47,436 nucleotides of DNA, from the NCBI GenBank assembly GCA_002256025.1, contig NKIB01014113.1:1-47436 (forward strand), written 5' to 3'. The position numbers and the translations under genes were made by a program. A model generated the notes under the pieces. That model saw only the letters and a list, made by a program, of their open reading frames with translations. It had not been told where the DNA came from and did no database searches. Source of the DNA: Asterionella formosa (Eukaryota). How positions within the stretch are numbered: the stretch's first letter is position 1; each line of letters opens with the position of its first letter. Of this stretch, positions 1-9,970 are shown piece by piece.

Positions 1-1460
1 TGCTGCTTGACAGGATTGTCATGGTCAACTATATCAGTCTTCTCTACCATGGGTGAATCACCTTTCGAATCACACTGAACCAATGGAGCCAACCCGTCGG
101 CCATATCGGCAATATCAGTTGTTACACAAACGCCAGTTCCAAATGCAGTACAAAATGTACACTTGTCATCTGCATCACAACCTTCGGCATCAGTCAACAT
201 CAAACATTCCTTTAGATCATCTGGATTGGGTTGCTGCTTGATAGGATTGTCTCCACCACACTGGACAAGAGGAGCGAGTCCGGAGGCCATATCAGCAATG
301 TCAGAAGTGACACAGACACTGTACCCAGCAGTTGAGCACCACGAGCACTTGACGTCTGCACTGCAGGCCACGTCATCCGCCAGTATCAAACACTCTTGTA
401 GCTCATTGGGGTCGATTTGTGAGCTGCTACCAAGGACATGTTGCACGACAGGAAGAGGAGGGACATTGTCACACTGAAGATATGGCCCGGCAATGTCGCT
501 CTGATCTGAATTCAAACACATGGCATACGTGTCCTCAAAGGTGCACCAGAAACAACCATTACCTTCCATATCCGCCGTGCCTTGACAAGTTTTCTTGGCC
601 TCGTCGGGGTCGGTCATGTCCATGACGGAGAACAAACAGGTGGGGTCTAGTGGTTGACGAAGTGTGTCCATATCCTTTGAAGAGTCACACTGAACCAAAG
701 GAGACAAGCCATCTGCCATTGCAGATACATCAGTAGTAACACAAAGTCCATATCCAAATGCTGTACAAAAGGAGCATTTGTCGTCGGCGTTGCATCCCTT
801 TTCGTCCGTCAACACGAAACACTCTTGCAGATCCTTTGGATCTGGTTGAGCCACTGTCAAAAGGTGTTTGGCAACGCCGGATTGAGCAGTTGCCCCACGA
901 AGAGCAGCCTTCTTTGATTGCGCCCTCATCGGGCTGCTTTCCGACCTGCGTTGATTCTTGCTAGGTCCAGAGCTGCTGTCACAATCCAAATACTCCGCTG
1001 CCATGGTGGCTTGGTTGGAGGACAAACACAGACCAAAGACCCCTCCCGCCGCATCGCACCAAACACAAGCAGTTCCATCCATTCCAAGCGTCGAATCACA
1101 GTCGTCATTGGTTGCTGACAAGCACATGGGGTCATAAATATCAGACTCCTGCCAATCATAGTAAGCGCTTGTGTCATGAGCACAGCGAGCATTTGGAATA
1201 AAGCTTTGAACCACTTTGGATTGTTCGTTCGACACGCACACTCCAACAGTGCCTGTGCTGCACCACTGGCAGGGAGATCCGGCAGCATCAAGAGCTTGAG
1301 TGCACGACGATTGAGTCGTTCCGCCGTGAAGCAAGCATTCCATCGTCGTGGGACTCATCGCAATCAGCGTGGGAACATCAGAAGCTCCTGCTCTGGCGCC
1401 GAACAGGACAACGACGACTACGACGAGGATTGTCATGTGCATCATGGTGGACAGCTTCAT
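1..1460 (-). CDS. Secreted acidic cysteine-rich repeat protein (at least 6 tandem six-Cys modules with a C-x-[WF]-C core); 3' end lies beyond the window
   Basis: Hand translation from ATG 1460 is open to position 1 (~486 codons). It starts MKLSTMMHMTILVVVVVVLFGARAGASD (signal peptide-like). Modules include DPMCLSATNDDCDSTLGMDGTACVWCDAAGGVFGLCLSSNQATMAAEYLDC and NPDDLKECLMLTDAEGCDADDKCTFCTAFGTGVCVTTDIADMADGLAPLVQC. It is missing from the ORF track, presumably because it has no stop codon inside the window. Confidence 0.9.
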   Translation of the reverse strand, partial: MKLSTMMHMTILVVVVVVLFGARAGASDVPTLIAMSPTTMECLLHGGTTQSSCTQALDAAGSPCQWCSTGTVGVCVSNEQSKVVQSFIPNARCAHDTSAYYDWQESDIYDPMCLSATNDDCDSTLGMDGTACVWCDAAGGVFGLCLSSNQATMAAEYLDCDSSSGPSKNQRRSESSPMRAQSKKAALRGATAQSGVAKHLLTVAQPDPKDLQECFVLTDEKGCNADDKCSFCTAFGYGLCVTTDVSAMADGLSPLVQCDSSKDMDTLRQPLDPTCLFSVMDMTDPDEAKKTCQGTADMEGNGCFWCTFEDTYAMCLNSDQSDIAGPYLQCDNVPPLPVVQHVLGSSSQIDPNELQECLILADDVACSADVKCSWCSTAGYSVCVTSDIADMASGLAPLVQCGGDNPIKQQPNPDDLKECLMLTDAEGCDADDKCTFCTAFGTGVCVTTDIADMADGLAPLVQCDSKGDSPMVEKTDIVDHDNPVKQ

Positions 1461-1889
1461 CGCAGTGGACAATGGAGGGAGGCGTCAGAGCTTTCGAGGC
1501 GAGACACGAGAAGAGGTGCTTGTGCTGACACTGATAACACAGGGAGATCTGTTGCTTCGACGCAAGAATCGAGAACGTTGGATGTTCTGATGTCTGATGA
1601 TTTTATTAGCTAGCTACCTATCGTGGATCTTTGTGGTTCGTTAAAGAATATACTAAATAAATAGCTAAGATACTGACACGATGATGCTTATGTTATATAC
1701 GGGTATTTGTATTCCTCATTAGCTATTGTAACCAAATCAAATAGAATGCATCATGATTGCACGCCAAACATACGTAGTACCTGGTACCTGGCGGTTCTAC
1801 CGGTAGGCCATGTATACCAATCTTGCCATCAAATATGCACACTCAGTGAGCAATTGCAGAGAGAAACAGTTCGATGAATGTGTCCCCAC

Positions 1890-2465
1890 TCGCTCTCCCT
1901 CAGTCAAGTAGACACGTTTAGTAAATCAAGCAAAAACGAAAATGTTGATTGATGGCGATGCATACATGGCATGTAAGAACCTCAAAGCAAGGTATGCCCC
2001 CCCCATTCTGTGTTGGACCTGATCCAGCTGGCAAGCGAATTTAACAAGTGCAAGCTGAATGTTTATAGCTCCTCTGATCCAGACAAAAGGTTTATTGATC
2101 TTGACCTAATTCAAAGCGAGATGATGGCGATTGACCCATCATTTGAGCAGAAGGAGATGGAAGTGATTGCGAACGTAATCGACAAGCTTCCAGTGGAATA
2201 CAGTGAGGTTTTTGTGATGGTCATTGAGGGCATGACAACAATCAGCCTCAACAAACTCAAGAGCAAGATCTGAGCGTACTACAAATGAAAGCTAAAGGGA
2301 ACCAAGAGCACAAAAGAGATTGCTCTTTTCACACAGAAGTACAGAGGCATTTGCAAGAACTGCAGCAAACAAGGGCACAAGCCAGATATGTGCCGATCGA
2401 AAACAAATACAAGCGGAACAATTGCAAACAGGACAATCGAAAAAAAGAGATTAAGCGCTTTAACA
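1890..2465 (+). mobile_element. Decayed Ty1/copia (CoDi-like) LTR retrotransposon gag fragment
   Basis: Translation across frameshifts and stops gives DGDAYMACKNLKARYAP...DLIQLASEFNKCKL...SDPDKRFIDLD...VIANVIDKLPVEYSEV...LKSKI*AYYK (copia gag/UBN2-like). A CCHC zinc knuckle CKNCSKQGHKPDMC follows at 2352-2393. No pol or LTR was seen. Confidence 0.8.
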
Positions 2466-3166
2466 TGAATCGTGCATTGGTAATACCTGGTACCGATATT
2501 ACTGGTACCTGGTCATTTATAATAGTAGCGTCATTCAATATCCGCCACAAAAATCAGAATTATAGCACGTTACTTTGTCTATGTCTAGAAAATTATTGGG
2601 TGTTTGGTGCCACCTCGAAAAAATGTAGCCCTAGAATTAGCATTAACCCTAATCCTTTTGCAAATAATAATAATAATAATAATAATTTGAGGCTTAAAAA
2701 GACAAGTTTAAATCAGATCAACCATGTCAGTATTATTCCACTGCTTTACTCAACACCAAACCAACCTCTCACGCCACATATAGTAGCTTGATGTATATTA
2801 TGTGCTGAATACGAATATAATTCTGTCATAAATCCAACTTGATGTAGTACTCAGTGGATGGGAAAGGGGTTCTTCATTAGTTGCACAAATATATTTGTAA
2901 GTCTTCTTCCCCTCTTGGACAGAATACAGTTCCGTGTTGAGCATCGTGGTAGTCTACCAATTGATCAATACATATACAAATATGTTCATGGATATACTTG
3001 GAACTATCTCAAAAATGACCAGAAGACAGTACTTCCATCAGGTGTATACTACTACAAGAAAGATAATGATTGTGTGACAAACAACAAAGGGGACCCAGGA
3101 CCGGATCGTTTTTCCAAGAGTTGGATAAACATGTGACTGTGTACAAATTATAATTCTTTTGGTTCC

Positions 3167-4783
3167 TCATCGATTGCTTGCCTTCCACACATCTTGCCAT
3201 CCCAGCATGTGATACAATTTATTATTGAATGGCGCATACAAGGTTTCCAATTGTAATCGTGTATCAGGGTCCATGAATGATGAGCCTTGGCTTTTATATA
3301 CCAGTTGCAATTGCCTATTTGTTGTTGTCGTTGTCGTCGTATTGTTCTTAGTCGTTCTCGTCGTATTGTTGGGTGGCAATCCTAAAAATTCCACCACATG
3401 TTGTATCATACCGTTTGGGTTCGTTTCCCATTCTTCTAATCTTAAGATAAGAACTGAGGTTTTCAAATCTCTTCCCATTGCTTGGAGTGCAACTAGCCAC
3501 TGCCTGAGTTGAATTTCATATAATCCATGTCCAATCGGACCTTCCATTGCCGTTTGTAAATACAGTGCATACGCTTCGTCTTCGTCGACAGTCATTTTAT
3601 CAATACTATTATTTTTCGGATCCTGGATCAATCCAACCTTTTGTAATATTTGCAGATCCGCAGCAATCCAATCTTCAAGTGACACTCGTAAATTATGATT
3701 TTTTCTAAATTCCTGATAATGCTCCCAAAGACGATCCACTGGATTTCTCAAAATAACAATCAATTTGATCCATGGACACGTACATAGCAGTCTGATAGGC
3801 ACAGTCGTGCTGTGAAATAAATACCCTTCTGTGGCATCAATAGTGATGGTATTGTCATTGCTCTCCAATGCCTTGACAGGGTAATTGCGACTCCACATGC
3901 GTTGTCTTGCTGTGGCCACATTGACTTTTCCTTGTCGAGTCATGAATTTCTTAAATGCGTGTGATTGAAAGAATTGAACATTCGATGAGTGTCTAGTAGG
4001 TAGTACGTGGTTGTTTCGTTGTACCAGTTGCGCCATGAGAGTCCTAATCCCGGTAGCATGAGATCCTGCCATGACAGCCGCCGGTGCCCGCCATTTCCAT
4101 GATGTCTGGTCTGCGGGGAGCCAGTCGTTGGTTCCTTCTAGCTGACAGTACATTTCAGCAAATAAATCTCGTTGCAGTTGTTGTTGTTGTTGTTGAGCAT
4201 CCTTTCCAGTGGAGAAAGATGACGATAGATTGAATTGTAGAATGGTCTGGTTCTGGTTGGTGGTATTAAGGCCATTACGGCGTACCGCAGTTTTTTTATT
4301 GGAAGCCTTTGCTGTCGGTCGTTTTGTCCGATGTGGCTTAGCGGATGGTGGCGCCTTGGACGGTTTTTTGTTGTTGTTGTTGCTCCTATTCACATTCACA
4401 TTCTCAGCTACCGGCGACGACGGTGGTGACACTAATGATGAGAATGGCCGGCTGAGTGTGACATTATTGCTGCTTGTCTTGAATTCCACATCTTCCATGA
4501 ATGCTTGGTGCTGTGCTCGTTCCAGCAATAGATCCTTGACTATAGAAATGATAACCAGGACAGTCGCAATGGAAGCTATCCGTAAACACCGATGGAAGAG
4601 AATTGGCATGGTACCGAAGGAATTTGAGCGACGGGGACTGCGGAGACGACGGAGACGATGATCCAAAGGCCCACCACGTTCAGCAGTAGCAGTAACAATA
4701 ACAGTAGCCGCAGCAGAAGCAGAAGCGGTAGCCGCCAACATGGGGGAAGTATTAGTAAAGGTCGAACGTGGTTTCAGCTTCAT
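3167..4783 (-). CDS. Type II membrane sulfotransferase-fold protein (heparan-sulfate sulfotransferase-like), PAPS motifs degenerate
   Basis: 538-aa ORF with an N-terminal TM (IASIATVLVIISIV) and a low-complexity stem. The catalytic-fold region has AVMAGSHATGIRTL (5'-PSB position), IDATEGYLF, KLIVILRNPVDRLWEHY (3'-PB position), GLYEIQLRQW, VVEFLGL and LETLYAPFNNKLYHMLG. Confidence 0.85.
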   Translation of the reverse strand: MKLKPRSTFTNTSPMLAATASASAAATVIVTATAERGGPLDHRLRRLRSPRRSNSFGTMPILFHRCLRIASIATVLVIISIVKDLLLERAQHQAFMEDVEFKTSSNNVTLSRPFSSLVSPPSSPVAENVNVNRSNNNNKKPSKAPPSAKPHRTKRPTAKASNKKTAVRRNGLNTTNQNQTILQFNLSSSFSTGKDAQQQQQQLQRDLFAEMYCQLEGTNDWLPADQTSWKWRAPAAVMAGSHATGIRTLMAQLVQRNNHVLPTRHSSNVQFFQSHAFKKFMTRQGKVNVATARQRMWSRNYPVKALESNDNTITIDATEGYLFHSTTVPIRLLCTCPWIKLIVILRNPVDRLWEHYQEFRKNHNLRVSLEDWIAADLQILQKVGLIQDPKNNSIDKMTVDEDEAYALYLQTAMEGPIGHGLYEIQLRQWLVALQAMGRDLKTSVLILRLEEWETNPNGMIQHVVEFLGLPPNNTTRTTKNNTTTTTTTNRQLQLVYKSQGSSFMDPDTRLQLETLYAPFNNKLYHMLGWQDVWKASNR

Positions 4784-5209
4784 GGTAAGAATATTATTAC
4801 ACTATATATATGTAACATGCATATTGGATAGAGTACTCTACCGGTACACCTTACAAATATCTGTGGTACATATAAAATACAGACTACTGGTAATAAAAAT
4901 ATCATTTTTGTTTGTGTTGTACCAGGTACCACTAATACAAGGACGTAAAAGATTATGAATGAAAAGATGTAACGATAGAAATTCATGAATATTTATATAT
5001 TTGTATGTAGATAAATATCGAATCTCATTCTAAACGCACAAATCATGACATCCATTGTTACCATCTATGTAAATAAATCAGTACATGACCCAGTAGCCAG
5101 AGGACGGTTCATCAGGCATGCAGGTTGTGCCTCGGAGTCACGTGCTTACTGTGACGCATCCCTAGGGTGGCGAGCTATGCACGTGCAGTACATTCCAGGC
5201 ACGACGGAG

Positions 5210-5365
5210 TATGAGTTGTTGCATACCGGTATCAGTTTTATCGGACACTTCGAGGTTTACGTAGGTCAGATATGAACAGGCTACATACCATAAAATCTAC
5301 ACACGAATATAGTACTGAACGGAATCCAGAATCCGTTCGTATGCCTACTTGATGTCGAAATCGGC
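5210..5365. repeat. Dispersed non-coding repeat copy (same family as 30470-30825 and 32100-32300)
   Basis: Shares ATGAGTTG..CGGACACT..GAGGT, GGCTACATAC, TCTACACACGA, AACGGAATCCAGAATC and ATGTCGAAAT in the same order with 30675-30820. Confidence 0.7.
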
Positions 5366-6014
5366 AGAATGACGTCAAAAATAATATTTATCATTTTCTA
5401 ATGATGATATGACACATTACACTTGACAATCAGCAGTTACTCAATCAATTAAAATTCGTTAGTTGGCAAATCAAGGATGCAAGTGTCTGCCATTTTAAGT
5501 GAACATCTTGTCAATGATGGTGATGAATGAAATCATCATGAACAACATGAAGATGGGCCACAGAGTGGTACATTGTAACAACTGTGGCAACATCACCATT
5601 GATATTTACCAATGACTACGACAGTGTTCCTGATACTTACCCATTCAGAGGCATTCTTGCTAAATGCTACTCCAACTGTACTGCTGCAAATATTTACATA
5701 TCTTTACTGCTCGTATGCTGTACAACGAGGGCACAAGGAATTTGCTGTGTGTGTGGCGCTATGAAAAAAATATGCATCATTGCTTCGTTGCCTCTTTCGT
5801 AAAAATCACCGGAAATATTTTATGTATAACATAGTCGTTGTTGTTTTCCTTCTTGTTGCTCCTCTACATGTATATTTATTTCCTCCATGTATAAAATCAT
5901 TTCTATCGTAATATACATATATAAATATATGCATAATATGTATGATGTTCATACAAATTCTGATGAAGCAAAGCTTCCATTTCAATTTTCCTTGATAAAA
6001 TTGTTTTGCATGGG

Positions 6015-7949
6015 ATGGGGCGTTCAAACTCATGTTCAGCATCTCACAGATGGATCATGATCGTTTCTCAACCTGCCTTGATTCTAAGTCTCTTGACAAC
6101 TGCTATTATTAGTACCTGCTGTGCAAGTAGTACTGACAGCCCTCCCTCCGACTCTGTCTGTAATGACACGGACAATCAGACTTGCACAGCAGCAACAGCA
6201 ACAGCAACAGCCAACGCCTCGAGCTCTGTTTCTGACTCTGACAATGACCAGCCCTTCTGCGGCGTCTACATGGCACCATCGACGATTGGCGTTGCCAACA
6301 TGGGTATTTTTACCAACATTGATTTGCACAAGGGTGATGTCATCAACTTTCCAGAAATAGCCATCCCCCTGCTCTTCCGAGACTGGCACGACCATGGTGA
6401 CAACCCCGACGGCACATTGTGGGATCGATACATTTGGGATGGACCTGTCGTGAATATGGAACCCAAACGCTCCGACTTGAATCGCATCGACGCGGGAGCG
6501 GTGTTTATACCAGGAGTTGGCTGCACTGTCAATTCGAGACTGGAGATGAACAACATTTACAGCACGCATGGGGGCACCTACGACACGGCGGGGTTGCATA
6601 GAGCCACGGACCCGGGGGCGGGAGCCTTTTCGCCATACCACTCGGCGCGAACGACTGCCAAGATGGATATTCAAGCAGGCAACGAACTGTTTGCGTCATA
6701 TGGAGATACTTGGATACCCTTCATTCCAGGGGCTGTCATTACGTTTAATGAAAACATGGACCAGGCAGATGAGTTTCTGGACGAGTACGCGCAATGGGTC
6801 AAGCAGCAAAAGAAGGACGGAGGTCTGACCAGCGACATGGCAGAAGACCTTTGGAAATTGACGGCCAAGGATTTCCCCATTTCCTCACGCATCCTTGGGG
6901 CCCTGCCACACCAACATGATTGGAAAACAGTAGAGGCGGAGCTGGAAAAAAAGACGGAACCCTCCACGACACGACATTTTGTTAAGAAAATTGGGGTACG
7001 AACACCGGAATGGCTCAAGGAACATGGATTTTGTCAAGATCACATTCGCCCGGGACGTTCTACCATTGCCCAAGCTGGGCGTGGGGCCTTTGCCAATCGA
7101 CCCCTGCCCAAGGGCACAGTGGTGGGATATTCGCCCCTTGTGCACATTGGCAATGCCAGAGAAATCCTGCAAATTAATTACACACGGACAAATGGTACTA
7201 CCTACACTCAAGAAGATATGATTATCAACTATTCTTTTGGTCATAAAAATTCCACCTTGATTCTGACACCCTATGGTGCCATGGTCAATTACATCAACCA
7301 TCACCGGACGCTGGCCAATGTCAAAGTACAATGGCCCAAGAAAGAACTTATCGCACACAAACCATCTTGGTTGTTGAAATCAGTAGAATTTTTATCCAAT
7401 ACTCATGAAAAAATTGGATTGTCCTTTGACTATGTGGCTTTGAGAGATTTGGAACAAGGGGAAGAATTATTTATGGATTATGGTGATGAATGGATTGCTG
7501 CATGGGAGGAACATGTTAACACATGGACGCCAGGTTCTAAATCCTATCAACATGTCAGTGCATGGACTGAATCACACTTTCGTACTAGAGATGAAGTCTA
7601 CACCAATCCCTATCCCGAAAATTTAGCCACTCTTTGTATTCCATCCTACAAGTCGAATGGCAATGGTGGGTACACATTTGTTCCAATTTTGCGCAAAGGA
7701 GATGGCCGTGTGTATTGTGATGTCATCATACGCCAAGCGGACAATGAGGCAAGTACTGCATCATTCAAGTATACAGTTATCATGCATATGGGTTCTGGGC
7801 CAGTTACTGTTGAGAACGTGACCAACGAGGGCATTCAGTTGGTTGATCGAGTTAGAAGTGCAGATTGGCATTTGGAAGGAGCCTTTCGACATGAAATTGC
7901 AATTCCAGATGAATTGTTTCCTGACACATGGAAGAATCTCATGTCGTAA
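6015..7949 (+). CDS. Secretory-pathway protein with two SET domains (diatom-specific BacSET-like lysine methyltransferase)
   Basis: First ATG is 6015 (the track starts at TTG 6006). Hydrophobic leader ILSLLTTAIISTCCA. SET-1: CGVYMAPSTIGVANMGIFT...GVGCTVNS...GNELFASYG. SET-2: IRPGRSTIAQAGRGAFA...INYSFGH...PYGAMVNYINH...GEELFMDYGDEWIAAW. C-terminal FRHEIAIPDELFPDTWKNL. Confidence 0.88.
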   Translation: MGRSNSCSASHRWIMIVSQPALILSLLTTAIISTCCASSTDSPPSDSVCNDTDNQTCTAATATATANASSSVSDSDNDQPFCGVYMAPSTIGVANMGIFTNIDLHKGDVINFPEIAIPLLFRDWHDHGDNPDGTLWDRYIWDGPVVNMEPKRSDLNRIDAGAVFIPGVGCTVNSRLEMNNIYSTHGGTYDTAGLHRATDPGAGAFSPYHSARTTAKMDIQAGNELFASYGDTWIPFIPGAVITFNENMDQADEFLDEYAQWVKQQKKDGGLTSDMAEDLWKLTAKDFPISSRILGALPHQHDWKTVEAELEKKTEPSTTRHFVKKIGVRTPEWLKEHGFCQDHIRPGRSTIAQAGRGAFANRPLPKGTVVGYSPLVHIGNAREILQINYTRTNGTTYTQEDMIINYSFGHKNSTLILTPYGAMVNYINHHRTLANVKVQWPKKELIAHKPSWLLKSVEFLSNTHEKIGLSFDYVALRDLEQGEELFMDYGDEWIAAWEEHVNTWTPGSKSYQHVSAWTESHFRTRDEVYTNPYPENLATLCIPSYKSNGNGGYTFVPILRKGDGRVYCDVIIRQADNEASTASFKYTVIMHMGSGPVTVENVTNEGIQLVDRVRSADWHLEGAFRHEIAIPDELFPDTWKNLMS

Positions 7950-8491
7950 TGTTAATACAAAGTTCTTACCTACTTACCTACCTATAGTATTACTATTAGG
8001 CATTATCTATGTAACTATACAGTATTCGATGCTAGTAATTATATCCAGTATAGCTATGTGGCAAAAATGAATGTAAATGTAAATTATATATCATAGCAGT
8101 CAGGTTCTTTGTCACTGCAGGATCCCACTACAACAGGTGAATGGAGCCCTACAGCTCTGTTTGATAAACTCTGACAATGCACTTTCCAACTTGACTTTTT
8201 GCAAAATGATTCCAAACAGACATTGATTGGCACTACAATCATGGTAGCTTCTAGGTAGGAGCAGTCATGACTCTAGTAGTAGCTAGTAGCTAGACAAGAA
8301 TGGGAAATAGAGTAACAATAATAATAAATGTAGTTTGCATGGGGGCCTGAAAAGAAAGGGCACTTGTTTTCCCACACTGCACTTGATGGTCACCTTTGTT
8401 GGTACCCAAAAATAATGTTCAGCCAACCAACCAACCAACCAACCTGCCTGCCAGCCAGTCAGAAACATAGCATTTGATGTTGCATCTAGTA

Positions 8492-8592
8492 GTATGTATG
8501 TATGTATGTATGTATGTATGTATGTATGTATGTATGTATGTATGTATGTATGTATGTATGTATGTATGTATGTATGTATGTATGTATGTATG
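8492..8592. repeat. (GTAT)n microsatellite, ~25 units
   Basis: Perfect tetranucleotide run; it explains the spurious HTYI ORF at 8283-8633. Confidence 0.98.
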
Positions 8593-9099
8593 CAATTCTC
8601 ATGAAGTCTAACAGTAAAAGCAACCAGATTCATTTGCTTGACTTTCCATAAACAAGAAAGATATGATTCTCAAACAAGTAATCTGCCATAGAGTTGGGGA
8701 CATGCAAATTCATTCCTGCAACCATCATGAGGTTGTGAGGAAGAATGGCAAGCAAGGGCGGGCTGTTGCTAGTAACAGAGAGTTGTACAGATACTGTGTA
8801 ACACATTCAATTGTCATGACTGAATACATGTCATGTTGTCTTTTATAATTAGATCACAGTAATGGGAGGATGCTGTTGTTGCTTGGTGATGTTGACAAAT
8901 GTCAGCTGTTATGTGTATATATATGCAGTCATATCTCTCTGCTTACCTCCTGCCTAATAATGAATATGACGACCATACTGCCGTACCGGTATATGCACAG
9001 CATACCGTACCACCCCGGTACTACAACTCACTTTTGTCCATTTTGTCTATGATGTTGTAGTACAGCACCATGCGCTGCTTACCGGTTTGAGCGCAGCTT

Positions 9100-9251
9100 G
9101 TCTATGGTACTCTCGCCGAGATGATCCGAGTACATGTACCGTACCAGGGGTACCTGGTACCGGTATGTACCTGTTGTCTTTTACATGGGTAAAGTCTACT
9201 CTCTCCGAGATGATCCGAGGACTGGTATGTACCTGTTGTCTTTTACATGGG
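9100..9251. repeat. Short tandem duplication (copies ~9100-9189 and ~9194-9251); first copy carries extra TA-flanked palindromic inserts
   Basis: Both copies share GTCTA..CTCTC.CCGAGATGATCCGAG and GGTATGTACCTGTTGTCTTTTACATGGG. Confidence 0.85.
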
Positions 9252-9970
9252 GGTACTACGAGTCGATACCATACATACCGTGCTGTTTGTTACGCAGCAA
9301 CAACAATGGACCCCTGTCGTGGTGTTCAGAACAACGGCGAGAGAACAAGAATGAATCACATGATGACGTTTGCAGGTGGTGTATAAAAACAATCACCATG
9401 GTACCACTGGTAATCATTTGTACATACGCACGTCACACTGTATGTAAATGTAAGTAGAACGGGTACATTCATTGGCATGTACTACATACCAGGTATGGTA
9501 TCTGGTACCTTGAGCACCTGGTACTAAGATAGTTGTACCAGGTACGATAAAAAAAAGAATTTATCAAAGAATGGCGAATCATGGATGGAGATTCAACATT
9601 GTGCTGATGAAGATTTGTTGATCCTGTGAGCGATGCTCAATCAATACTCGTTTGAGGAACCTAAAAGCGATGATCCATGCATAATACTGTAGTACGTATG
9701 TTTGAGTAGATGTGTTGCATTGTGTACTAGCTCATTCATGCATGTAGCAATTGATTCAACCTTTTTCAAATCTCTAGACTACGGTACCTTTGTGTACTAC
9801 ATATTGCATATTCTTCCCATGGATCTGCAACAGTATAGTACTGACTGCTTGCTGCTTTCCATTATTCAGAACGACAGAGTATACCGGAACTCCTATTGCA
9901 ATTTGACTTTCGTCAGCGACGACCAGCGACAATCAGGGTACTGTTTGTACCAGTATTAGACAAGGACACA

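Noticed and set aside
1..1460. Frustulin or pleuralin assignment for the Cys-rich protein
   Set aside because: No C[EQ]GDCD ACR signature and no Pro/Ser-rich PSCD context.
53..1613. Short track ORFs (e.g. 926-1291 minus, 1176-1613 plus)
   Set aside because: Alternative frames or antisense of the Cys-rich gene at 1-1460.
8283..8633. ORF with HTYI repeats
   Set aside because: Translation of the (GTAT)n microsatellite.
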